The notes below the pieces were generated by a model. That model had not been told where the DNA came from, made no database searches, and saw only the letters and a list, made by a program, of their open reading frames with translations. The translations under genes and the position numbers were made by a program. This document shows positions 56,073-64,000 of a DNA stretch of 64,000 nt, one piece after another (the stretch's first letter is position 1; each line of letters opens with the position of its first letter). This stretch comes from an uncultured Gemmatimonadales bacterium. Lineage in GTDB: Bacteria; Gemmatimonadota; Gemmatimonadetes; Longimicrobiales; Longimicrobiaceae. The DNA lies in contig OY970303.1 of assembly GCA_963716255.1 (NCBI GenBank), forward strand, positions 5,664,001 to 5,728,000. The letters run 5' to 3'.

Positions 56073-56081
56073 GGACGGCAA

Positions 56082-56120
56082 AACGGCGCCCCGCCGGGAG
56101 ATCCCGGTGGGGCGCCGTTC
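56082..56120. terminator. Hairpin with GGGAGATCCC apex; probable terminator of the minus-strand lipoprotein gene
   Basis: AACGGCGCCCCGCCGGGAGATCCCGGTGGGGCGCCGTT, preceded by an A-run. Confidence 0.65.
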
Positions 56121-56147
56121 CGTGCTTGGTGCTTCGTGTCGCCGACC

Positions 56148-56708
56148 TTACGCGCCCGTGTGGTTCTTGATCCGCTCGGCGATCAGGGCCTCCAGCCGGC
56201 CGGTGGTGGCGCAGTTCACCGAGGCGCCGCTGACGGCGCGGTTGACGGCCGAGGCGTTGACGCGGGTCTGCACCCGGGTGGCGCCGTTCTCCGCGGGGGC
56301 GAGGGTGGTGAGCAGCGACATCGTCACGCGGTAGCTGTCGGCCAGCGGGGAGCCGGTGGGGCCCTCGCCGCAGTTGACGAAGGTGGAGACCGGCTGGCCG
56401 GCCAGGACGCGGTTCACGTCCAGCCTGATGTTGCCGATCGTCTTCGCGTCCGGGATGCTGGTGCCCACCGCGATCCCCAGCCCCTGGTACACCGCCGGCA
56501 TCACCTGCCACACGCGGTCCGGCGCCGCGCTCACCCGGTGGGACGAGCCGCCCACGTCGCTGTACGAGTCGATGGTCGTCGTGGCGCTCCCTCCCACCCC
56601 GGAGCTGGAGATGCTGGTGGTGGAGCGGACCGTCTGCGTGGAGGACGGAGCGTTTCCGCTGCACCCCGCGAGCAGGGCGGCGGCGGAAAGGACGACGAAT
56701 CGCTTCAT
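56148..56708 (-). CDS. Hypothetical lipoprotein
   Basis: Lipobox LLAGC; two further Cys (NCG, CATTGRLE). Confidence 0.8.
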   Translation of the reverse strand: MKRFVVLSAAALLAGCSGNAPSSTQTVRSTTSISSSGVGGSATTTIDSYSDVGGSSHRVSAAPDRVWQVMPAVYQGLGIAVGTSIPDAKTIGNIRLDVNRVLAGQPVSTFVNCGEGPTGSPLADSYRVTMSLLTTLAPAENGATRVQTRVNASAVNRAVSGASVNCATTGRLEALIAERIKNHTGA

Positions 56709-56940
56709 GGATGTTCTCCGGGGGGGTGAAGGTGGCCGGGAGCGCGCGCCTCCGCTCCCGCGGAGCCGAAACGGGCGGCGCCGGAGGCCCTAACATGACG
56801 ACCGGATGTCGTACCGCGCAACGAGCGCGGGGATCCCCCGGGCGTGTCCACTTCGGTTTTTGTTGGGTACGAATCGTGCTACAAGTGAGTGCGCCCGAGA
56901 GGGTTGCACTCGATCCGAAACCAGCGCGGGAAAGCATACC

Positions 56941-57165
56941 ATGACCGACAGGAACACGCAGGACCAGGCGGCGCAGGGAAACACCATCAAGGACCCGGAC
57001 GACTGGACCACCGGGGACGAGCCCATGACCGGGGCGCAGCGCTCCTACCTGAACACCCTGGCCGGGGAGGCGGGCGAGAAGGTGGGCGACGACCTCACCA
57101 AGGCTGCGGCCTCCAAGAAGATCGACGAGCTCCAGGAAAAGACCGGCCGCGGCTCGGACGGCTGA
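56941..57165 (+). CDS. DUF3072 family small protein
   Basis: KDPDDWTTGDEPMTGAQ.SYL.TL, LTKA.AS..IDEL. Confidence 0.88.
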   Translation: MTDRNTQDQAAQGNTIKDPDDWTTGDEPMTGAQRSYLNTLAGEAGEKVGDDLTKAAASKKIDELQEKTGRGSDG

Positions 57166-57207
57166 TCCCGTCCGGCGGGGCTGGAGGCGCGACACGAGCG
57201 ACACGAG

Positions 57208-57238
57208 GGCGGCCGGGGAACTCCCCGGCCGTCTTTTT
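57208..57238 (+). terminator. Intrinsic terminator
   Basis: GGCGGCCGGGGA-AC-TCCCCGGCCGTC followed by TTTTT. Confidence 0.8.
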
Positions 57239-57267
57239 CGTGGATGCCGAGGCCACGTCGGAGCCCC

Positions 57268-57396
57268 GCGTGAGGGATTCCGGCCCGGAGGGGCGAGACC
57301 GCGCGGCTGTTTGCGCGGGCTCGACTCCGTTGGGCTGCGTTGTTTGCAGCCCTACGGAGCCGAAGCCCGACCCCGGCGCCAGCCGGGGGCACGCCC
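57268..57396 (-). repeat. Structured repeat family A, copy 5
   Basis: Reverse complement of the A consensus; inner stem GGGCTGC/GCAGCCC. Confidence 0.95.
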
Positions 57397-57407
57397 GAAC
57401 CCGCCGT

Positions 57408-58160
57408 TCACAGCCGTGCCCCGGCCAGCACCCGGATGGCCGATCCCTCCGCCACGAACGCCGAGCGCGGCGCGCCGGAAAGCGGCTCCGCCCACTCCGG
57501 CCCGTAGAGCGACGCGGCGTCGCAGTCCATCCGCGCTTCGGCCACGCGCCAGGTGCGCCACGCCGGGTGCTCCACGCGGTACTCCGCCGCCCTGCCGCCG
57601 CGGCGGGCCGTGTAGCCCCAGTAATGCTCGGTGACGAACTCCTCCTCCGAGCCCGCCCGCGGCGTCTCCGGCGCCCCTTCCGTGGTCGCCTGCAGCGAGC
57701 TCCACCGCCCCCGCCGGCGCCAGCCGTATTCCACCCGGCCGCCCGGCCGCAGCGCCGCGCCGGACGCGTCCAGCTCCACGCGGTGGCGCATGGGCATGGC
57801 CACGTAGGGCTCCTCGTACACGACCCGCGCCACGGTCGCGATGGCCAGCCGCGGCACGATCTCCCGCACGAACACCACGCCCCGCCGCCACCCCTCCGGC
57901 CCGCGCCGCCGCACGTAGAAGCGCAGGTTCACCTCCTCGAAGTCGCGGTGCAGCGGGATGGGGACGCCCAGCACGCGGGTGTCCAGGAAGAGGAAGCCCA
58001 CCATGCTCGCCAGGGTGACGCCCTCCCACGCGTCCAGCTCCGTCCCCGGGGGCACCCGCGGGGCAAGGAGCGCCGGGTCCACCTCGTAGTTGAGCATCGC
58101 CAGCCAGCGCCACTCCGCCGTGAGGAAGGTGCGCGGCGGGCGCTCCGGGGTGCCGGGCAT
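57408..58160 (-). CDS. DUF2071/YqjF family protein
   Basis: FLTAEWR.L.MLNY, F.EVNLRFYV, EHYWGY, Y.VEHP.W. Confidence 0.88.
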   Translation of the reverse strand: MPGTPERPPRTFLTAEWRWLAMLNYEVDPALLAPRVPPGTELDAWEGVTLASMVGFLFLDTRVLGVPIPLHRDFEEVNLRFYVRRRGPEGWRRGVVFVREIVPRLAIATVARVVYEEPYVAMPMRHRVELDASGAALRPGGRVEYGWRRRGRWSSLQATTEGAPETPRAGSEEEFVTEHYWGYTARRGGRAAEYRVEHPAWRTWRVAEARMDCDAASLYGPEWAEPLSGAPRSAFVAEGSAIRVLAGARL

Positions 58161-58374
58161 GGTCGTCGTCTCGGCTGGGAAAGGGATGGGGGTCGGGCTC
58201 CGGGGCAAGTTCGTGCCGGGCGGCGGGCAAGGCAAGCCGGCCGCCGTGTGCCCCGTGGCCCACCCGCTCCGTCCGGCTCGCGTCGTGCCTGTCACGGGGC
58301 GGGGGGCGCTCGCGCGAGCGGCGAGAGCGTCCGCCCAGCTCAACACTTCGGGCCGCTCGCGTGCCTTGCAGGGG

Positions 58375-58929
58375 ATGGAAGCCGAATCCGATGCGGAGCT
58401 GGTAGCGGGCGTGCGCCGGGGGAGCCGCGTCGCCGCGGGCCGCCTGGCCGAACGATACCTGCGCGCGTGCAGGGCCGTGGCGCTCGCCGTCGTGGGCGAG
58501 GTCGCCGGGGCGGAGGACGTGTGCCAGGATGCGTTCGTGTACGCGATCGAGCACATCGACGACTGCCGCCACCCGGACCGCTTCGGCGCCTGGCTCTTCC
58601 AGATCACGCGCAGCCGGGCCCGCAACCACGTGCGCGACCACCGGTCGGACCGGCTGCTCGAGATCGACTCCGTGGCGCTGGCGGACGCCCTGCCGTCCCC
58701 CGCCGACGACGCCGAGCGGGCCCAGCTGCGCGAGCGGCTCCTGGCCGCGCTCGCCGAGCTTTCCGGGGAGCGGCGCGAGATCGTCCTGCTGCACGACCTG
58801 GAGGGGTGGACCCACCGGGAGATCGCGGAGCGGCTGGACCTTCCCGCGGGAACCGTCCGCTCGCACCTGCACCACGCGCGCAGGCGGCTCCGCGGCCTGC
58901 TCGGGAACCTGAAGGGAGAGGGAGAATGA
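58375..58929 (+). CDS. ECF RNA polymerase sigma factor
   Basis: AEDVCQDAF, F.AWL.QI, L.DLEG.TH.EIA..L....GTVRS.LH.AR. Confidence 0.93.
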   Translation: MEAESDAELVAGVRRGSRVAAGRLAERYLRACRAVALAVVGEVAGAEDVCQDAFVYAIEHIDDCRHPDRFGAWLFQITRSRARNHVRDHRSDRLLEIDSVALADALPSPADDAERAQLRERLLAALAELSGERREIVLLHDLEGWTHREIAERLDLPAGTVRSHLHHARRRLRGLLGNLKGEGE

Positions 58930-59270
58930 GCGACGACCGGATCGACCTTTCCGCGCTGGAGCCGGGGCGGGACGGCGGGCGCTGGGACGCGGCGGTGCAG
59001 CGGACGCTCCGGCGGGTGGAGGTCGCCCTGCTCGACCGCGCGCCGGCCGATCCGTTCGCCTTCATCGCGCAGTGGCGCCGCCCGGTGCTCGCGGCCGTGG
59101 CGGCCGTGGTCGTGGTGGTGGTCCCGGTGGAGTGGGCGCTGGAGCGCCGGGAAGCGGGCGCGGAGCGGGTCCGCCGCCTGGCCCGCCTTTCCGGCGAGGC
59201 GGTCCGCGGCGAGCAGGGCCCCACCGGCGCGGAGCTCCTGGGGGCCGTGTCCCCGTGGAGGCTCCGCTGA
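58926..59270 (+). CDS. Putative single-TM anti-sigma factor
   Basis: ATGA-coupled to the sigma gene; one hydrophobic helix. Confidence 0.7.
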   Translation: MSDDRIDLSALEPGRDGGRWDAAVQRTLRRVEVALLDRAPADPFAFIAQWRRPVLAAVAAVVVVVVPVEWALERREAGAERVRRLARLSGEAVRGEQGPTGAELLGAVSPWRLR

Positions 59271-59644
59271 TGCGGCGGCCCCGGGCGGTCGCCGCGCTCC
59301 TCCTCGCCCTCGCCTTCGCCTCTGGCGGCCTGGCCGGGATGGCGCTGGAGGAGGCGGCGGGGCTGGACTGGTTCGACTTCCTGGACGAGGACGTGCGCCG
59401 CGACGGCCGCCTCCTGGACGGGATGGGCCTGTCCGGGGCGCAGCGGGAGCAGGTGGAGCGCATCCTGGACCGCCAGGAGGACCGGCTCGAAGAGTACTGG
59501 GCCGCGCGCCTCCCCGAGATGCAGGCCGTCGCGGCCGCGTCGCACGACGAGATCCGCGCGGTGCTCACACCCCGGCAGCGGACGGTGTTCGACCGGCGCG
59601 TCCGGGCGCAGGAGGCGCGCGCGGTGGAGGAGCCCGGGGACTGA
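59270..59644 (+). CDS. Spy/CpxP-like helical periplasmic protein
   Basis: TGATG coupling; N-terminal hydrophobic helix, L.LS..Q and LTPRQ motifs. Confidence 0.75.
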   Translation: MRRPRAVAALLLALAFASGGLAGMALEEAAGLDWFDFLDEDVRRDGRLLDGMGLSGAQREQVERILDRQEDRLEEYWAARLPEMQAVAAASHDEIRAVLTPRQRTVFDRRVRAQEARAVEEPGD

Positions 59645-59694
59645 CCGGGCGGCCGGAGCGCCGGTCGCCACGGAAACGGAAACAAGGAGTCGAG

Positions 59695-60702
59695 ATGGGT
59701 GACGAAGCTGGACTGTTGCGCCTGGGAGCCGGCGTATTCGCCGCGATCATCGGGATCGGCGCGGTCGCCTGGGGAACCGGGACGCGAGGCGGTGAGGCGA
59801 AGGACGGGGACAGGCACGGGAGCCGCTCGGTCGCGCAGGCGGTGGCGGGGCCCGCCGCCGGGAAAGCGGACGATCCGCCCCGGGACGGCGGGGACGAGCG
59901 CGCCTGCCGGGTGGAGGGCCCGCCCACGCTCCTCCCGGACGCGGTGCACGAGGCGAGCGGGCTGGCGCTCGGCCGCCGCGGCCCCGGCGTGCTCTGGACC
60001 CACGGGGACAGCGGGGAGCCGCGCCTTCTCGCCGTGTCGCTGGACGGCACGGTCCTGGGGACCGTGCGCGTCGCCGGGGCGGCCGCCGGGGACTGGGAGG
60101 ACATCTCCGCCGGCCCGTGCGCCGCGGGAGCGTGCCTGTACGTGGGCGACATCGGCGACAACGACGCGTCGCGTCCGCGGATCACCGTCTACCGGCTGCC
60201 GGAGCCCGCGCCCGGCGACGGCACGAGCGCCCCGGCGGAGGCGCTCCACGCCACGTACCCGGACGGGCCGCACGACGCCGAGGCGCTGTTCGTGGACGCT
60301 GGCGGGCGGATCTACGTGGTGACCAAGGGGGAGTCCGGGCCCGTCGCGGTCTACCGCTACCCGGACTCGCCCCGGCCGGGCGCGGTGTCCCGCCTGGAGC
60401 GGGTCGCGGAGCTGAGCGCCGGCAAGGTGGGGCGGAACGGGCGGATCACGGGCGCCGACGTCTCGGCCGACGGGCGCTGGGTGGCGCTGCGGACCCTGCG
60501 GACGGTGTCGTTCCACCCCTTCGAAGCCGTGACCGGCGGCGGTGGTGGCGGCGAGCCGGCGCGCTTCGACCTGAGCGCCGCGGACGAGGCGCAGGGCGAG
60601 GGCATCGCTCTGGGCGCGGGCGGCGTGGTCTACCTGGCGAGCGAGGGCGGCAAGAAGAAGAACCCGGCCACCCTGGTCCGGGTCACGTGTCCGGTTCCGT
60701 GA
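59695..60702 (+). CDS. Exported beta-propeller-like hypothetical protein
   Basis: AAGGAG RBS; EASGL, WTH.DSG, DWEDI, YVGDIGDN, DAEAL, QGEGI. Confidence 0.8.
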   Translation: MGDEAGLLRLGAGVFAAIIGIGAVAWGTGTRGGEAKDGDRHGSRSVAQAVAGPAAGKADDPPRDGGDERACRVEGPPTLLPDAVHEASGLALGRRGPGVLWTHGDSGEPRLLAVSLDGTVLGTVRVAGAAAGDWEDISAGPCAAGACLYVGDIGDNDASRPRITVYRLPEPAPGDGTSAPAEALHATYPDGPHDAEALFVDAGGRIYVVTKGESGPVAVYRYPDSPRPGAVSRLERVAELSAGKVGRNGRITGADVSADGRWVALRTLRTVSFHPFEAVTGGGGGGEPARFDLSAADEAQGEGIALGAGGVVYLASEGGKKKNPATLVRVTCPVP

Positions 60703-60727
60703 AGCAGACGGGCGAAAGGCGGGGTTC

Positions 60728-60854
60728 GGGCGTGCCCCCGCTGGCGCGGGGTCGGGCTTCGGCTCCGTAGGGCTGCAAACAACGCAGCCCAACGGAGTCG
60801 AGCCCCGGCAAACTGCCGCCGGGTCTCGCCCCTTCGGGCCGAAATCCCTCACGC
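60728..60854 (+). repeat. Structured repeat family A, copy 6
   Basis: A consensus; inner stem GGGCTGC/GCAGCCC. Confidence 0.95.
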
Positions 60855-60909
60855 GGGCATCGCGCCGGCGTCCGCGGGAGGGCCCCTCCTCTCCCTGCGC
60901 CCTGCGCCG

Positions 60910-62661
60910 CTACCGCTTCTTCGAGTCGATCCAGCGGTCCACGGCCTCGCGCAGCATGGGCAGGGTGATGGTGCCGTGGCCGAGCACGGCGTCGTGGAAC
61001 TCGCGCACGTCGAAGGCTGGGCCGAGCTCGCGCTCGGCGCGCTCGCGCAGCGCAAAGAACTCCAGGCCGCCGGTGTCGTAGGCGGTGAGCTGGCCGGGGA
61101 GCACCGCGATGCGGTCCACCATGGTCTCCGCGGACTCGCGTCCGCGGCCGGTCTCCATCAGGTACCGCACGGCCTGCTCGCGCGTCCACCCCATCACGTG
61201 GATGCCGGGGTCCACCACCATCCCGCGGGCCGGCCAGATGCGGCGGGTGACGCGGGCCGCGGGATCGGTGTAGAGCCCCATCTCCTCGGCGAGCGCCTCG
61301 GCGTAGCGCGCCCACCCCTCCACGAAGGCGCTGCTGGACACCAGGCCGGTGACGTCGTGCGCGTCCGGGAGCTCCTGCGCGGCGGAGATCTGGAGGTGGT
61401 GGCCGGGATACGTCTCGTGGAAGGCGGTGATCTCGGCGGTGGCGCGCGACTTCCGCTCCGGCTCGTACAGGTTGATGCGGTAGGTGGCCGGGCGGCTCCC
61501 GTCCTCCGCGGCCGGCGAGTACTGGTCGGAGGCGCTCCGCTCCAGGAAGGCGGCATGCGGCACGATCTCCACCCGGGCGCGGGGCACGGTGCGGAACCAG
61601 CGGGGCGACGCTGCCGCGGCGCGCTCCACGGCGCCCTGCGCGAAGGCCATCATCTCGTCGCGGCCCCGGAAGCGCCGCGAGCTGTCCGCCCGGACCCGGT
61701 CCAGGACGGCGAGCACGTCGTCCGTGCCGTACGCGGCGCGCGCGACCTCCCGCGCCTCGGCGAGGTTGCGTTCCACGCGGGCGCGGCCCAGGGCGGCCGT
61801 CTCCTCCGGGGCGCGGTCCAGCGTGGTGAAACCGCGGAAGGAGGCGCGGTAGCACGCCGCGCCGTCGCGGTTCGCGGACACGCCCACGGCCTCGCGGGCG
61901 GCGCCGCGGTATTCGTCGCGCAGGTAGTCGCGGTAGCGCCGCACGGCGGGCGCGATGTCGCGCTCCAGCAGGGCGCGCCAGGCGGCGCGGAACTCCGGCG
62001 TGGAGTCGCGCCGCGCCGGGTCGTAGAAGGGCGACTCCTCCGCCGGGGTGGCGAGGAGCGCGTCCAGCTGCCCGATCACCAGCTCCACGTTGCGCCGGGG
62101 CGTGGTGTAGCCCAGGCGCACGCCCTCGCGCAGGTTCGCCACCTCGGTGTCCAGGAAGCGCGGCACCCGCCGCCAGCGCGCCAGCGCCTGGGCGCGCAGC
62201 TCCGGCGTCCCCACCGGCTGCGTTCCCGCCAGCTCCGCCAGCCCGGCGTGCCAGCCGTTCATGTGGCTCACCGGCCACAGCTCACGCCTGCAGACGCGCC
62301 GTCCGCGCGCGGACTCCAGCTGCTCCCTCAGCATCCCGTGGGTCACCCACTCGGGGCGCCCCCAGAGCGCTCCCCCGTCGATGCGCGCCAGCTCCGCCGC
62401 CCACGCGTCCTGCCGGGCCTCCCACTCACGGCGGGCGGCGGGGGAGTTGTCGGTGAGCCCGTCGTGCCGGGCGATGGTCATCCCGTTCCCCTCCGCCTCC
62501 TCCGGGAAGCGCGCCACGAACTCGCGCACGTATTCGTCCGCGAGCGCCGTCACCCGGGCCGCGAGCGAGTCCGCGGTGCGCGCGGCGGGGGCCTGGGCGC
62601 GCGCCGCGGCCGGGACGACGAGGAGCAGGAGGAGCGCGGTTGCGGACGGGCGGAGGGTCAT
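60910..62661 (-). CDS. DUF885 family secreted protein (metallopeptidase-like)
   Basis: Signal peptide; HETYPGHHLQ, EGWA.YAE, VD.GIH..GWTR, PGQ..AY..G, FD.R.FHD. Confidence 0.92.
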   Translation of the reverse strand: MTLRPSATALLLLLVVPAAARAQAPAARTADSLAARVTALADEYVREFVARFPEEAEGNGMTIARHDGLTDNSPAARREWEARQDAWAAELARIDGGALWGRPEWVTHGMLREQLESARGRRVCRRELWPVSHMNGWHAGLAELAGTQPVGTPELRAQALARWRRVPRFLDTEVANLREGVRLGYTTPRRNVELVIGQLDALLATPAEESPFYDPARRDSTPEFRAAWRALLERDIAPAVRRYRDYLRDEYRGAAREAVGVSANRDGAACYRASFRGFTTLDRAPEETAALGRARVERNLAEAREVARAAYGTDDVLAVLDRVRADSSRRFRGRDEMMAFAQGAVERAAAASPRWFRTVPRARVEIVPHAAFLERSASDQYSPAAEDGSRPATYRINLYEPERKSRATAEITAFHETYPGHHLQISAAQELPDAHDVTGLVSSSAFVEGWARYAEALAEEMGLYTDPAARVTRRIWPARGMVVDPGIHVMGWTREQAVRYLMETGRGRESAETMVDRIAVLPGQLTAYDTGGLEFFALRERAERELGPAFDVREFHDAVLGHGTITLPMLREAVDRWIDSKKR

Positions 62662-62826
62662 GCGCGGGGCTCCGGGTGGAAGGTGGCGGGGCGGGGGAGT
62701 GCGTGCGCCGGACGGCTCAAAGTGCGGCGGTCCTGGCCGCGTGTGCAAGCCCGCCGGCCGGGGTTGCGCGCACCCGCTCCGGCGGGTAGATCGGGACGGG
62801 CCGGTCACCTGAACGGGGAGGCGCGC

Positions 62827-63714
62827 ATGCGGGTGCTGCTGACGGGGGCGACGGGGTACGTGGGGAGCGCGGCTGCGGAGGCGCTGCGCGCTGCGGGGCA
62901 CGAGGTGCTGGGTCTGGCGCGCTCGGACGCGGCGGTGGCGAAGCTGGACGCCGCGGGCTTCGCGGCGCGCCGCGGCGACCTGGCCCTCCCGGCAACGCTG
63001 GCCGGCCCCGTGGCGGAGGCGGACGCGACGGTGCACGCGGCCGCCCTGGCGGGCGGCGAGGACGCGGTGGCCGTGGCGGCGATGCTGCGGATGCTGGAGG
63101 GGACGGGGAAGCCGTTCGTGTACACCAGCGGCGCCTGGGTGCTCGGGAGCACCGGCGACACGGTGGCGGACGAGGACGCGCCTGCGGGCGCGCCGGAGCT
63201 GGTGGCGTGGCGCCCCGCCGTGGAGGAGGCCGTGCGCTCCGCCGCCCCGCGCGGCGTGCGCGGGGTGGTTCTGCGGCCCACGGTGGTGTACGGCCGGGGC
63301 GGCGGCACCCCGGCGTCGATGGTGCGCTCGGCGCAGCGGAAGGGGGTGGTGCGCTACGTGGGCGACGGGCGGCAGCGCTGGCCGTTCGTGCACGTGGACG
63401 ACCTGGCGGAGCTGTACGTGCTGGCGCTGGCCGCGGAGCCCGGGACGCTGCTCCACGCCTCGGCTGGCCCGTCGGTCCCGGCGCGCGAGGTGGCGGAGGC
63501 GGCCGCCGCGGCCCACGGCGCCCGCGCGGAGCCCTGGCCGCTGGAGGCGGCCCGGGCGACGCTGGGCGCCTTCGGGGACGCGCTGGCGCTGGACCAGCAG
63601 GTCTCGGGCGAGCGCGCGCGGCGGCTCCTGGGGTGGGCGCCGCGCCGACCGGACGTGCTGTGGGAGCTGCGGGAAGGCTCGTACGCGCCGTCGGGAATCG
63701 ATCCGGCGGGTTGA
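62827..63714 (+). CDS. NAD-dependent epimerase/dehydratase family protein
   Basis: TGATGYVG, YTSG, RP.VVYG, VHVDDLA. Confidence 0.92.
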   Translation: MRVLLTGATGYVGSAAAEALRAAGHEVLGLARSDAAVAKLDAAGFAARRGDLALPATLAGPVAEADATVHAAALAGGEDAVAVAAMLRMLEGTGKPFVYTSGAWVLGSTGDTVADEDAPAGAPELVAWRPAVEEAVRSAAPRGVRGVVLRPTVVYGRGGGTPASMVRSAQRKGVVRYVGDGRQRWPFVHVDDLAELYVLALAAEPGTLLHASAGPSVPAREVAEAAAAAHGARAEPWPLEAARATLGAFGDALALDQQVSGERARRLLGWAPRRPDVLWELREGSYAPSGIDPAG

Positions 63715-63750
63715 GGCGGGGCCCCTCCGGCGGACGCCAGCGCGATGCCC

Positions 63751-63879
63751 GCGTGAGGGATGCGAGCGCGAAGCGGCGAGACCCAACAGCAGTTCCGTTG
63801 GGGCTCGCCTCCGTTACGCACGGTTGTTTCGTGCGTTACGGAGCCGCAGCCCGACCCCGGCGCAGCCGGGGGCACGCCC
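63751..63879 (-). repeat. Structured repeat family A, copy 7 (most divergent)
   Basis: GCGTGAGGGAT...GAGACCCAAC...CCGTTACGCACGGTTGTTTCGTGCGTTACGG...GGGCACGCCC. Confidence 0.9.
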
Positions 63880-63890
63880 GAACCCGCCCG

Positions 63891-64000
63891 TCAGAACAGC
63901 GCGAGCAGCCGCGCGGGACCCCCGGTGGCGCCCACGTGCCGCGGCCCGCCGACGACGAGCACGGCACCTGCCGGAGGCACCCGGCCGAGATTGGCGACGT
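63891..64000 (-). CDS. C-terminus of a cyclase (kynurenine formamidase-like) family protein, truncated by the window edge
   Basis: Translates VANLGRVPPAGAVLVVGGPRHVGATGGPARLLALF*, a typical cyclase ending. Confidence 0.7.
   Translation of the reverse strand, partial: VANLGRVPPAGAVLVVGGPRHVGATGGPARLLALF

Noticed and set aside
54592..57204. Apparent fused long ORFs (870 aa here; also 1814-4276, 11010-13778, 28741-30324, 46521-49268, 60976-63714)
   Set aside because: These are upstream in-frame extensions without coding character. Real starts were placed at internal ATG/GTG codons with an RBS or stop-start coupling.
6875..63879. Repeats A and B as a CRISPR array, tRNA or IS element
   Set aside because: The copies are dispersed, not tandem with unique spacers. 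There is no cloverleaf or T-loop consensus, no cas or transposase gene, and no long terminal inverted repeats with target duplication.

Overview
Very GC-rich bacterial chromosomal window (by eye about 70-75% GC). The gene mix suggests a Gram-negative of the Gemmatimonadota/Longimicrobiales type: BlaI/M56 pair, many lipoproteins, TonB receptor, FadL, DUF885. This assignment is inference only. About 60 CDSs are supported. Core or metabolic genes: two tandem GH13 alpha-glucosidases, Fur-boxed TonB receptor, sodC, ispH, sufE, dapD-dapE, msrA, nudC, aminotransferases and peptidases. Regulatory modules: BlaI/BlaR-like pair, CarH-like MerR, TPR-HD-GYP, a sigma28-driven FlgM/CheY-like mini-cluster, a Phd-VapC TA pair, a sigma54 activator and an ECF sigma triad. 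No rRNA, tRNA, CRISPR array or transposase was seen. Most striking: (1) two families of dispersed, highly structured intergenic elements (7 and 5 copies) with fully compensatory stem changes, both built from one shared hairpin module GAGCC-stem-AAACNGCC-stem-GTCTC; (2) a TPR protein / small lipoprotein-propeptide / AraC cassette that resembles a peptide-signalling system; (3) a secreted six-Cys defensin-like peptide; (4) a duplicated BlaI operator-promoter unit bracketing one structured element; (5) a 1233-aa protein of unusual domain architecture. Family names come from motif recognition by eye, not from searches.
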